A stretch of DNA of 64,000 nucleotides, taken from NCBI GenBank assembly GCA_022072085.1, contig JAJVII010000046.1, forward strand, positions 6,597 to 70,596, written 5' to 3'. The notes under the pieces are model-generated. The model saw only the letters and a program-made list of their open reading frames with translations. It did no database searches and was not told the origin of the DNA. This document shows, in pieces, positions 43,093 through 53,400 of the stretch. The stretch's first letter is position 1, and every line of letters starts with the position of its first letter. This stretch comes from Phycisphaerae bacterium (GTDB taxonomy: Bacteria > Planctomycetota > Phycisphaerae > JAJVII01). The position numbers and the translations under genes are program-made.

Positions 43093-44943
43093 TCAGCCGG
43101 GAATTCCTTCGTCGTTGCTTGTGCGTTCGTCGAAGTCGTCGAACTGGCTGTACAACTTCTGGCCTCGCTTCATCCTTCCCAAGCGGGTGTTCTCGATCCG
43201 CTGTTGCAGGAACCTCGCCCCTTGCTCGAACAGGGAAACTGGCGTGTGGATCACCTTGTAATGCAGTTCGTCCTCGTAGGCATTGCGGATCACCCCGTAG
43301 CCCATCCGTGTGCCGCTACGATCACAGTCCCACTTCTTGAACTTCTCGTAGCGCCGGACGAGGTAGTTCAGATACCCGACCATCCGTGCATCTTCCGAGA
43401 CCGTTCCTGGGATTATCGGGGGCCGGGTCGCCGAACGTCCCTTGCCTCTCTTTGGCCTGGGCATGTTCACGGTGTAGTTCACGTCGCCCCCGGCCACGAC
43501 GTTGTTGTCGCCGCTGACGCTCAACGGGCCAGCCCGTCCAGCCGGGAATCTGAGGATGGCGGGGGCCTGCCGCAAGGGCACTTCTCCTCGTGCTACGGCG
43601 TCGTGCAGCTTCTGCCGATAGAGCCGCACCTCGTCCTCGGTAAGGTTCTTGGTCTGGCTCGTTTTGGAGTCGTATGTGTCGTGATGGAGTTGGCAGAGGT
43701 AGACGAAGTTGTCGATTTCATTATTGGAGCGATCATGGTCAAGGTGGGCGAGTTGTCCCTTCTTCTCCGATGCGTCGTGATCCAACGCCAGGCAGACGCA
43801 GCAGCGTCGCCGACACTTGGCGAGCAGTTCCGCTTCATCGGCACGAGATAGGGACCGACGATTCGGCCTGTTCATCGCTTTCTCCTGGCTCTTGCCAAGT
43901 CCCCCGCCGCGGGGCTTCGGCGTTCGGGTTCGTGATGCTGGTCCGCCCTTGCCTCGTCGTGTCCTGGCGGCAACGGTCATACGTCTGGCTTCGGCGAGCA
44001 GGCCAAGAAGCACGGGGCCTTCCATTTTCGCCAACGAATCGGGAGCGTGCCCACCGCAGACCAGATCCCGCTTGACGTTCAGCCAGTTCGGATTGTTGGG
44101 GTCACTGCCCGGGTAGACAGCAGCCAGGATTGACAAGTCGTCGTCAGATGGGCGGTAGTATCGATGCCAGACGCACCAACCGCTGTCAGGCGTTTTGCCA
44201 TCCCGCAGTTCTGCCAGTGTTGGAGCCAGCGGCTTCCGATTGACTGGTGTGCCATCTGGCATCAGGCCGGCGGGGATGGCCGCCCCGGTTCGCTCGCTAT
44301 GAACCATCTGCACGACACAGCCGGGGGACTCATCGATGGAGCAGCACATGTTCGGCGTGTGGTCACGTTCCAGTGGCCGAAGCGCCCATATCCAGACTCG
44401 CTCACCCACTGCCGGAGCGGCCGCCTCGGACTTGACGTTCCGGCGCGGCCATACTGGTCGCCTTGCGCGCGGTCGCGAGACGCTGGGCAGTTCCTTGCGC
44501 AAGAATGATTCCCACTTGCGAGCCTGGTCGTAATGCCGAACCAGCAGGACCGTTCGCGGATCGTTTGGAAAACCCAACAGTTCCCAGCCGTCGGGATCGA
44601 GGAAACTGCTCGGTGCGATCTCCGCGAGCTGCCGCACCTCCTGGTGGAAACGAACGCATTCGGTAGGGCCGTGATCTGCCCCGTCCACTACCTCGAAGAT
44701 GGGCGGCGATAGTGGATTGGGGCCGGATCTGGACGCCTGCTTATAGGCAGCTCGTTGCCAAGCAGCGTCCGGCTCCTCCTGCCGGAACAGGTCAACCAGT
44801 CTGTCGGCAATGGCCCGTAGGTCGGTCAAGAAGAAGACGTGTGAATCCTGTTCGTGCTCAGGCGCAGATGGGGCGGTGCGATCAGGGGGAGCATTGCCCA
44901 GCACCTCCAGTGGAAAACGCACTGCCAGGAAGTAGGTTGACAT
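43093..44943 (-). CDS. hypothetical protein with central HNH-like nuclease motif; unknown N-terminal domain of about 356 aa
   Basis: ATG 44943 overlaps stop of upstream gene (TAATG). HNH-like CCVCLALDHD..AHLDHDRSNNEIDNFVYLCQLHHDTYD. An in-frame internal ATG at 43875 is preceded by AGGAG. Confidence 0.7.
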   Translation of the reverse strand: MSTYFLAVRFPLEVLGNAPPDRTAPSAPEHEQDSHVFFLTDLRAIADRLVDLFRQEEPDAAWQRAAYKQASRSGPNPLSPPIFEVVDGADHGPTECVRFHQEVRQLAEIAPSSFLDPDGWELLGFPNDPRTVLLVRHYDQARKWESFLRKELPSVSRPRARRPVWPRRNVKSEAAAPAVGERVWIWALRPLERDHTPNMCCSIDESPGCVVQMVHSERTGAAIPAGLMPDGTPVNRKPLAPTLAELRDGKTPDSGWCVWHRYYRPSDDDLSILAAVYPGSDPNNPNWLNVKRDLVCGGHAPDSLAKMEGPVLLGLLAEARRMTVAARTRRGKGGPASRTRTPKPRGGGLGKSQEKAMNRPNRRSLSRADEAELLAKCRRRCCVCLALDHDASEKKGQLAHLDHDRSNNEIDNFVYLCQLHHDTYDSKTSQTKNLTEDEVRLYRQKLHDAVARGEVPLRQAPAILRFPAGRAGPLSVSGDNNVVAGGDVNYTVNMPRPKRGKGRSATRPPIIPGTVSEDARMVGYLNYLVRRYEKFKKWDCDRSGTRMGYGVIRNAYEDELHYKVIHTPVSLFEQGARFLQQRIENTRLGRMKRGQKLYSQFDDFDERTSNDEGIPG

Positions 44944-47900
44944 TATCCGCCCGCCCTTGGGTTCACCGCCGGCGCGGCGCAAGCGTCCTTCGCGGCCGTG
45001 TAATTCGTGTCCAGCGTCGGCTGTACGAGCAGCGTACAAGCGAGGCGGCGTGCTACATCGGCCAAGTACCGCGCCTCGTCGGCCGTCAGGCCGCGGGCGA
45101 GGATCGCGGCGTCGCGGTAGCTCAGCCACTTCTTGAGCACCTGGAAACCGCCAATACAGTAGTCCCACACGTTGGCCGGGACGTTCTTCCAGTAGGCCGT
45201 CTCGTTCAGGTAGATGTCGCGGGTGTCCGGGCCGAGCAGGTCGAGAGCCTGCTTCTCGGACAGGCTGCGGGCCTTGGCGGCCTCGGCAACGGCGGCCCGC
45301 TCGGTCTTCTCGTAGTCTCGCGTGACCACTCGACCCTGCCCCGGCATAGTTACACCGTCCTGGCCGAGGTAGCCCCAGCCGGTCAGCTTCAGGTCGCCAG
45401 CCTCCGGGTCCAGGCTGCCGCCGCCGACCTTCGAAACCGCGCCGAGCGTCTTGAACAGCGGCTCGATCCGGCCGGCGGTCACGCCCGGCACCGGGGCCTC
45501 CGGGTCCAGCAGCGCCGCCAGTTGCCGGCCGAGTTGAACCGACTTTTCAAACTGCCGGCGGTCCTTCGGCAGCGGAATCCGAGGCCAGTCCCGGCGGATG
45601 CCGTCGGCGTTCTCGGCAAGGTAAGCGGGACTGTAGCCGATGGCCAGGGCGTGCATCCAGATCATCGCCGCCGATTCCTCGTTGGCATCGAGGTCGGCGA
45701 TGCCGATGCTGACCAGGTATTCGCGGGCGCGGGCTGACAGGTTTGCTCGGCAGTGGTCCGGCCCGGCGAAGAGGTGTCCGCCATCGACGCTCTGACGAAG
45801 CCGGAGCGGGATGAAGTAGGCGTCCTTGTGCATCACGTGCTGATCGCCGAGGAACCGGCCGAAGTAGAGGCTGGCCCCGTCGATGGATTTGGGAGCGTGG
45901 CAGCGGACCAGCAGGAACCGGCTGTCTTCCGAGTAATCCTCGACGAGCCTACGCCGGACCTCATTCCAAAGCTTCGCCCTTGTTTCAACGTAGGCCCATC
46001 GCACGTCGAATGGTCGGAAGAAGAACTTGACGAGCTTGGACTCCTCGAAGCCGCCGAGCCGCAGTAGTTCCTGGCGGGTCCCCGCCGCATCGAACCGGGC
46101 GGCGTCCGTGGCGAGGCCAGGATGAATGTCGGCAAGCTGGGCAAGGCTGACCTTCGGATCGAAATATGTCCGCATTCGGTCGGCGATGACTTCTCGGTCG
46201 ATAGCGTGGACCCCCTGCTTACGATTGTCGTTCAGACCAAGCGACGGGTCCGCCTCGGCCAGTTCAGGGATCGTCGGCCAGTCATAGTAACCTTCGGCGA
46301 CCGAATCGGGCCGGTAGGAGAATTGGTTCTCCGTCGCCGGGTGAACCGGCTTGTACTGGCCGTTGAAGTCTGACGATTGTAGGCTGGCGAGCAATTCCCC
46401 GCGTTTCTCAGCACCCCAGAAATGTCGGAACCGAACGACGGGCTTCGCGTCCCGATTATCTCGTTGGACGATAACGCACACTGCCGTGCCGACGCGGATT
46501 CCCTCGCGGTTGTATTCGGTGGAGAAGACTGACGGATCGGGCTTGCCGTCGGGCGTAACCTTGCCCGTCTCCCGGCTGTCGCCGTTCATGCAGTCGAACC
46601 AGAGCCGGTCGAACTCGCCCAGGAATCGCTGCCGGACCACCACGAACGACGGCTCGGTCATGTACGAGAAGTTGGAGATGAACGAGACGACACCCTTGCC
46701 GGACATCTCGGCGATCCGTCGCTCCGCCAGCCGGAAGAACCGAACGTAGAGGTCGTCCAGGTAGTTCTTGTTGATGCCCCATTCCTTCAGCCCGGCCTTG
46801 TAGGGCTCGATCAACTTGGCCTCTTCGTCCACGGCCACGCCGGCGAAGCCGTTATATGGCGGGTTGCCGATGACGACCAGAATCTTTGCGTCGCGCTTCA
46901 CCTTCTCGGCTGCGTCCCGTTCGGCCTCCAGCTCGGGGAACAGCAGTTTCTTCGGCTCCTTCGGCGGCTCCCAGCCAGTCAAGGCGTTGGTCAGGTAGAC
47001 GCCCACCCGCTCGCTCTTCTTCGCGTTCAGCGGCACGCCGGCCCGTTGAAGCATCAGCCCGAGTTGGAGGTGCGAGACGACGAACGGGGCCGGCAGAATC
47101 TCGAAGCCGAACACCCGCGTCATCGCGGCTTTCTTCAGGTCGGAGGCGACCAGGGCGTCGCCGCCCTTGTCCTTCAGCGTGCCGGCGATGTGCCGGAGAA
47201 CCTCGACCAGGTAGGCCCCGGTCCCGCAGCAAGGGTCGAGCACTACGACGTTCGGGTCGGCCAGGCCATCGGGCAGGCCCAGTTCCTCTCGCAGCACGGT
47301 GTCGACGCGAGCGACCTGATACTGCACGATCTCCGGCGGGGTGTACCAGACGCCGAGTTCTTTCCGCAACTCCGGGTCGAATGCCTCCAGGAACGGCTCG
47401 TAGAAGTACTGCACGGCGTGCTCGTCCTGGAACTGCTGGAAGAACTCCCGGCGGTCCACGCGATTGAGCACGGCGGCGGTCCAGTCCAGCACCTCGACCA
47501 GGCCGAGCGGCCCGAGCTTGGTGGGCGTGGCCACTTCGTCGTACAGCGCCCGGATGAACGGAACGCGGAGCGTCCACGGGGCGACGCGCCAGTCGAAGGC
47601 GTCGCGGCGGGTGGGTTTCTCGCGATGCCAGAGCACCCAGGCGGAGAAGACGCCGTAGAACAGCGTCTGCACCAGCGTGGAGCGGAAGAAATGCTCGCCC
47701 CGGTCGCCTGTGAACTTCATGCCAAGGGCGTTTTCCAACGCCTCGCGAACCGCCGCCAGCGCCGGCAGATCGCTGTCGGTGATCCGGGCCAGCGCGTCGC
47801 GGGCGTAAGACGCCAAGAACCAGGCCACATCCTTCGGGTCTGCCAGCGGGGCGTTGTGCTGCATGACACGGGCGAGGTATTCGACAAACCGCTGGCCGTG

Positions 47901-48386
47901 CCGGTCGGCCAGCTTGCGGGGGTGAGCGGCGACTGACCAGAAATCGGCCTCGCTGTCGGCCAGGCGGTAAGCCTCCAGCGGCGTCGGCTTGCCCGACCCG
48001 TCCTGGCCGACCAGCACGAAATCGCGGTAATTGGTAACGAGCACCACGCCGTACTTCTTGCAGTACCTGGCGACCTGATCGGTTTCAGACACGTCGGCAG
48101 CGGCGACGGATGTCGATTTGACCTCCATCGCCCCACGGGCGGGCAGTTGGCCGGGCAGCGGCTCAGCCGCCGACCGTTGGAACTGGTCCGGCAGGAACAG
48201 CCCGCCGTCAGGGATGCCGGCGCCGCGGTTGGCGATGTTGATGACGCAGCGAACCTTGGGCTTGAGCCGCTTGCCGACCTCGTTGAGCAGGTTGGCCAGC
48301 GGCGGGTAATAGGATGTCTCGGGAACAGCGGCCCCCAGAGAACGAATATCGCGCATGGCGATCAGGTAGGTTTCCAGCGGATTCAT
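44943..48386 (-). CDS. Type IIG-like fused restriction-modification protein (PD-ExK nuclease, gamma-class N6-adenine methyltransferase, Type ISP-like C-terminal specificity domain)
   Basis: ATG 48386 (MNPLETYL..). Nuclease motif GIPDGG...GAMEVKS, SAM motif VVLDPCCGTGAYL, catalytic GNPPYNG, C-terminal NVWDYCIGGFQVLKKWLSYR. No Walker A ATPase seen. Confidence 0.8.
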   Translation of the reverse strand: MNPLETYLIAMRDIRSLGAAVPETSYYPPLANLLNEVGKRLKPKVRCVINIANRGAGIPDGGLFLPDQFQRSAAEPLPGQLPARGAMEVKSTSVAAADVSETDQVARYCKKYGVVLVTNYRDFVLVGQDGSGKPTPLEAYRLADSEADFWSVAAHPRKLADRHGQRFVEYLARVMQHNAPLADPKDVAWFLASYARDALARITDSDLPALAAVREALENALGMKFTGDRGEHFFRSTLVQTLFYGVFSAWVLWHREKPTRRDAFDWRVAPWTLRVPFIRALYDEVATPTKLGPLGLVEVLDWTAAVLNRVDRREFFQQFQDEHAVQYFYEPFLEAFDPELRKELGVWYTPPEIVQYQVARVDTVLREELGLPDGLADPNVVVLDPCCGTGAYLVEVLRHIAGTLKDKGGDALVASDLKKAAMTRVFGFEILPAPFVVSHLQLGLMLQRAGVPLNAKKSERVGVYLTNALTGWEPPKEPKKLLFPELEAERDAAEKVKRDAKILVVIGNPPYNGFAGVAVDEEAKLIEPYKAGLKEWGINKNYLDDLYVRFFRLAERRIAEMSGKGVVSFISNFSYMTEPSFVVVRQRFLGEFDRLWFDCMNGDSRETGKVTPDGKPDPSVFSTEYNREGIRVGTAVCVIVQRDNRDAKPVVRFRHFWGAEKRGELLASLQSSDFNGQYKPVHPATENQFSYRPDSVAEGYYDWPTIPELAEADPSLGLNDNRKQGVHAIDREVIADRMRTYFDPKVSLAQLADIHPGLATDAARFDAAGTRQELLRLGGFEESKLVKFFFRPFDVRWAYVETRAKLWNEVRRRLVEDYSEDSRFLLVRCHAPKSIDGASLYFGRFLGDQHVMHKDAYFIPLRLRQSVDGGHLFAGPDHCRANLSARAREYLVSIGIADLDANEESAAMIWMHALAIGYSPAYLAENADGIRRDWPRIPLPKDRRQFEKSVQLGRQLAALLDPEAPVPGVTAGRIEPLFKTLGAVSKVGGGSLDPEAGDLKLTGWGYLGQDGVTMPGQGRVVTRDYEKTERAAVAEAAKARSLSEKQALDLLGPDTRDIYLNETAYWKNVPANVWDYCIGGFQVLKKWLSYRDAAILARGLTADEARYLADVARRLACTLLVQPTLDTNYTAAKDACAAPAVNPRAGG

Positions 48387-48888
48387 GAGTGATGGTTGTA
48401 CCCGGAGGGCGACGTGACTGCAAGGTTTCGGGGATTCGGTTGAGCGTGGGCGGGCTGCCAGTCCGCCGCGGTCTCCGGGTTCCAATCCTTGAACCGCCGC
48501 CCGTCGCCTTGGCCGTCTGACCTGTAGTACCCGCCCCTGATACACCCGACTTTCGCAAATCTTATGCGCCCCTAACTCCTTATGGCAGCAGGGCCCGCCC
48601 CCGGTATGCGCGGCCGCTGGCGCATATGCGCCGGGGATAAGGGGAGAGCAAGTGTGGCCGGACGGAACGTGGCAGGAGGTTGGCCTGAGGCAAAAGACGC
48701 GACCTTAGCGTGTCACGTTTGGAGCGGAGGACGACTTACATCGGGGAGCGAGATGAAACGCAATCGGCCAAGGCGGGCCCGCGGCCCCCCGGCCTGCGAG
48801 AGAACGTGACACAGCAGATAGTGCCCCGTCGGGTGTTCCGGCCGGGCGGACGAGGCGAGCGGAATCTTCATCGGAAAGGACAGCAGTC

Positions 48889-50313
48889 ATGAACGCACGA
48901 AGAGTGATGCAGTCGGTGTTGGTGGCGGCCCTGGCCGCCGCCATGGCGGTCCCGGCCCTGGGCGCCGAGACCAGCAACGTGATTGATCTGAAGGCGGTGG
49001 ACGCCCAGATCACTGCCGCCCAGGGCCAGGTGGTCGCCGGCAACGTCGACGCCGCCCTGAAGGCCATCCAGGACGCGCGGGCCAAGGCGGTGACGGCGGA
49101 ACTGGCGGCGCGGGTCGCCTTCGTCAGCAAGTTGGCCGAGGTCCGCCTGGCCGAGAAGCTGGCCGACCCGGCCAAGGTGGTCACCGCCTTGACCGAGGCC
49201 AACGGTCAGGCCAAGCAGCCTGACCAAGTCGTTGCCGTCTGGCAGACGGCGGTGTCGGTGACGCGAGCGATGATGGCCGCCAAGGCCGACGCCGTGCCGG
49301 TGATCGACTTTATGGCCAAGGTCGCCCCGGGGATCAAGCAGTTCTCGGCCTGCATGGAGGTGGCCAACCTTCGGCTGGCCACCGGCAACCTGGGTGCGGC
49401 GGAGGCGGAACTCCGCAATGCGGCCGCACGGGCCGGTTCCGTCGGTGACTGGGCCGCCTGGGTGGCCGCCGTGTCTCGGTTGGCCACGCAGGTGGAGGCA
49501 CAGCTTCCTCGTGCCGGGGCGGACGTGTTCGATCGGCTGGCCGAGGTGGGCAAGCCGGCCGCGGCGGCGATGGGCATTGCCAAGGGCCGGTTCCTGCTGG
49601 CCCGCGGTGTGACTGACGGTGTCGGTGCGTTGGCCGAGCAAGCCATCGCAGCGGCCACGTCCGATGGTGAAGTCCTGGCCGGCATCTCCCTGACCTACGA
49701 CCTGGCGGGGGCGTTGCGTAAGGCCGGTAAGGCCGAGCAGGCCAGTCAGACGCTGGCCAAGGCCGAGGCCCTGGCCCAGTCGCGTTCGGCAAGCGTCGCC
49801 TTGGCCAACATCCGCGGCGCCGCCCTGGCCGCGTTCGGACAGCCCGAGAAGGCCTCCGAGGTCTTCGCGGCCACCGCCCAGGCGGTCAAGACGCCGGCGG
49901 AGCGCGACCAGATGTTGTCGGCCTGCGGGTCGGCGATGGTCGCGGCGGGCAACTCGGCTGACGTTCCCGGCAAGCTCCAGGCCGCCAAGGCCGGGCCGGC
50001 GGTGTATGTCGCCGTCGCCGGTGCGATGGCCAGGGCCGGGGACTCGACCGGCGCCCTGAAGCTGCTGGCGGCCGTGCCGCCGACGGCGTTCGCCGCCGAG
50101 CCGCAGTCGGTCGCAGGTGTTGCCCCGCTGATGCAGCAGATTCAGGCCCAGCGGCAGCAGGTCGCCCGCGAGCAGGCCGCTCGCGTCAAGGCGATTGCCG
50201 CGGCGTTCGACGCCGCCGCCAAGGCGGCCCAGGCCAAGGACCCCAAGGCCGCCGCGGCGCTGACCAAGCAGGCCGCCGCCATGACGGCCCTGGCCGGGCA
50301 GGTGGAGAAGTAA
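48889..50313 (+). CDS. secreted Ala-rich all-helical (TPR-like) protein, function unknown
   Basis: GAAAGGA 9 nt upstream of ATG; signal peptide VLVAALAAAMAVPALGA; 474 aa of low-complexity helical repeat; immediately upstream of the Rhs gene. Confidence 0.65.
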   Translation: MNARRVMQSVLVAALAAAMAVPALGAETSNVIDLKAVDAQITAAQGQVVAGNVDAALKAIQDARAKAVTAELAARVAFVSKLAEVRLAEKLADPAKVVTALTEANGQAKQPDQVVAVWQTAVSVTRAMMAAKADAVPVIDFMAKVAPGIKQFSACMEVANLRLATGNLGAAEAELRNAAARAGSVGDWAAWVAAVSRLATQVEAQLPRAGADVFDRLAEVGKPAAAAMGIAKGRFLLARGVTDGVGALAEQAIAAATSDGEVLAGISLTYDLAGALRKAGKAEQASQTLAKAEALAQSRSASVALANIRGAALAAFGQPEKASEVFAATAQAVKTPAERDQMLSACGSAMVAAGNSADVPGKLQAAKAGPAVYVAVAGAMARAGDSTGALKLLAAVPPTAFAAEPQSVAGVAPLMQQIQAQRQQVAREQAARVKAIAAAFDAAAKAAQAKDPKAAAALTKQAAAMTALAGQVEK

Positions 50314-50322
50314 CCGTGATCG

Positions 50323-50362
50323 GAGGATTGGTGATCCGGGGGCCGGGCCTCGTCGGTCCGGC
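50323..50362 (+). terminator. GC-rich hairpin between the Ala-rich protein gene and the Rhs gene (possible attenuator/terminator)
   Basis: GATCCGGGGGCCGG ... CCGGCCTCCCGGATC near-perfect inverted repeat; no T-tract. Confidence 0.3.
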
Positions 50363-50419
50363 CTCCCGGATCTGTTCCCGCTACCAACAGGAACCAACGC
50401 AGTATAGGGAGTGCAAACC

Positions 50420-53400
50420 ATGTTCAGCAAGCAATCATACCGTAGCTACATCGGCTTCTCTCTGACAGTTGTCTTGGTGCTGGCACTGTCCCTGCCGGCA
50501 ATGGCCTGCCCTCAGGCCGGCAGTCCCGTGAAACCCGACAACACGCCGAATACCAAGACTCGATGTGAATGCCCTTGCGAAGGTGACGCGGGCAGCGGCA
50601 CTGGCTGTGGAGGCTCCAGGTCCGGACCCAACGCGGAGCCAGCCGACAGGGCTGCCGGGGACGTGACCATGCGTCAGACGGACGTTGCCCTTCCGGCCTC
50701 TTCACCTTCATGGTTGCAGGTTCGCGGCTATTCCAGCAGCTTGGCGGGCGGCACCTATATCCAGGGCACTAAGTGGAGGGCCGACGTGTTGACGGCGTTC
50801 CTGGCACCGGGCGATTCGGGCAGCGTGGAGTTGTACCGCAGCCACGTCAGCAAGCGGGTCTTCACGTTCAGTGGCGGCAGCTATATGCCCCCCGATGACT
50901 TCCATGCCAACTTGACGCACGACACCGGCAACAAGGTCTTCCTGCTCAAAATGACCGACAGCGGCGAGCAGTTCATGTTCCGCGACTTCGACGCTAGTTG
51001 GCCGGCCAACAGTCGGGGTATTATCCAGTCACAGACCGATCGTAACGGACAGGAGAGCATTCAGTATCTCTATGACACGGCCGCGCCCGGGGGCCGGATC
51101 ACGTCGGTGACGACCGCCCAGGGCTGGACGGTCGACTACGGCTACGTTCCCTCGGGGACCAACGTGGGGCAGATCGACACGATCGAGGTCCACAACGGCG
51201 CCGGCCAGGTCATTCAGCGGGTCCGCTACACCTACTACAAGGACGGGGGCGGGTATTCGACCGACTGCGGGAGCAACGGGGACCTGATCATGGTTCAGAC
51301 GTTCAGGCGGGGGACGGGGGACGACCTGAACCAATCGTCCGACGCCCACTTCTCGGTGCAGCGGACCACGATGTACCGCTACTACCGCGACGGGTCGGCC
51401 GACGGGGCCGCCGGCCAACTGAAGATGCAGATCAACCCGGCGGCGGTGGCCAAGGCGATGGCCGACGGGGACAAGACGGCGGGCGAACTGCTGGCCACCG
51501 CCGACAGCGGGATCGTGACCGGCAGCACGACGCTGGGCGACTACGCCGCGGCGACCTACCGCTACTACACCAGCAACTTGGACACCACCGACGTGGACAC
51601 GGCCGAGGGCGGGGTCGGCGGCGACAACGAGGACCTCCAGGACGCCTACGGCGGGACGAACGTCGACGAGACCGGCTACCTGCGGTCCGAGACCATCCGC
51701 AGCGTCACGGCGGGGGCGCTGGGCACGCGGACCTACTTCTACATGGACAAGTACGACCCGGCCACGTCGGGGCCCAACGCGGTGACCCGGATCCTCGTCG
51801 AGGACACCGCCGACGACGGCACGCGGCGGATCACGGCGGTCAACAAGGACCGCATCCCGCTGCGGCAGATCACCGTGGACGACCCGGATGGGGCGACGCC
51901 GAAGTACTGGTGCAGTTCGTCGGTGCTGGGCGAGACCAAGGATACCTCCACCAACGACGTCAACCAGGTGGTCGAGAGCCGGCCCCCGTCGGCCCACACC
52001 TGCATCGACAGCCTGGCCAAGGTCCGCACGTTCCTGGCCGCCAAGACAGCCACCGACTGGACCAACACGGACATCCTGAACGCCTCGGCCGGGCGGATCT
52101 CCCTTTACGCCTACAACGCCCAGGGCTACCAGATCGAGGAGCGGATCAAGCAGGGCCGCACCGGCGACGCCTACTACCTGCACGTCACCGAATACGGCGA
52201 CGGCTCAGCCAACCAGCCCACCTATCTGCCGGTGACTGACTACGCCTACCCGGTGGAGACAACCTCCAAGACCGACGCCAGCCGACTGACGACCAGCTAC
52301 GCCTACACCTTCTGGGACACCGCCGGCAACAGCAACCAGCAGCTGAAGACCCGCACGACGACCTACCCGATCGTGACGACCGACCGCAACGGCCCGGGCA
52401 CGGCGGTGACCGGTGCCGAGTATTACGACGATAGCGGCCACCTCCGCTGGACGCAGGACGGCGACGGGCACGTCAACTACTACGCCCACAACGCCCACAC
52501 CGGCGGGACGGGCTACATGATGGTGGACGTCAAGACCGACAGCCTGCCGGCCCATATCACCAACGGCTCGGACCCGGACTGGGTGGCCTGGAGCGGGACG
52601 CCCCCGTTCAGCTATACCGCCGGCGACGCCCTCCAGTTGGTCAGCAAGTACACTTATGACGACCAGGGCCGCCAGGTGAGCGTCCAGGACCCCGAGGGGC
52701 TGGTCACCGCCACCGCCTACGGTGACAACCAGACCCGGGTCTACCCGGCCTGGGACGCCACGAATCACACCTGCGCCCTGCCCATCGAGATCAGCAAGAC
52801 CGACGATGACGGCCGGACGACCGACGCCTATTCGGTCGACCCGACGGGGGTGACCATCGGCACCAGTGGCTCCCTGCCCACCGGCAGCGACGGGGGCGAG
52901 ACGCAGGACGACTACACCGCTTGGACCCGCTACGCCTACAACGCTGTCTCAGGGATGCTGGAGATCACGGACCGCTACCACACCATTCCCAGTTCCGGCT
53001 TCGGCAGCCTGGGCGCCAATTTCCAGCGGACCTTCTACCGCTACGACTCCCTGGGGCGGACCATCCGCACCATCGGGGTCGTCAGCGGCACCGACGCGGC
53101 CGGCCTGACTGGCTGCGTCGAACAGGTCACCCGCACCGACTACGACTCCCTCGGCCGGGTCAAGGCGGTCTACCGCGGCGTCAGCAGCGCCAGCCACGTC
53201 ATGAAGACCACTACGATCTACGACACCGACCCGACGATGTACAAGGTGGCCGAGAACTTCTACGACGAGACCTCCCCCGGCAGCGGCACCGAGGCCGTCG
53301 GCGACGGCAACCTCACTGCCAGCCGCACCTACTTCGACAGCGGGGCCAACGACTACCTGACTGAACTGAACCAGTACGACTGGCGCGACCGGCTGGAGCA

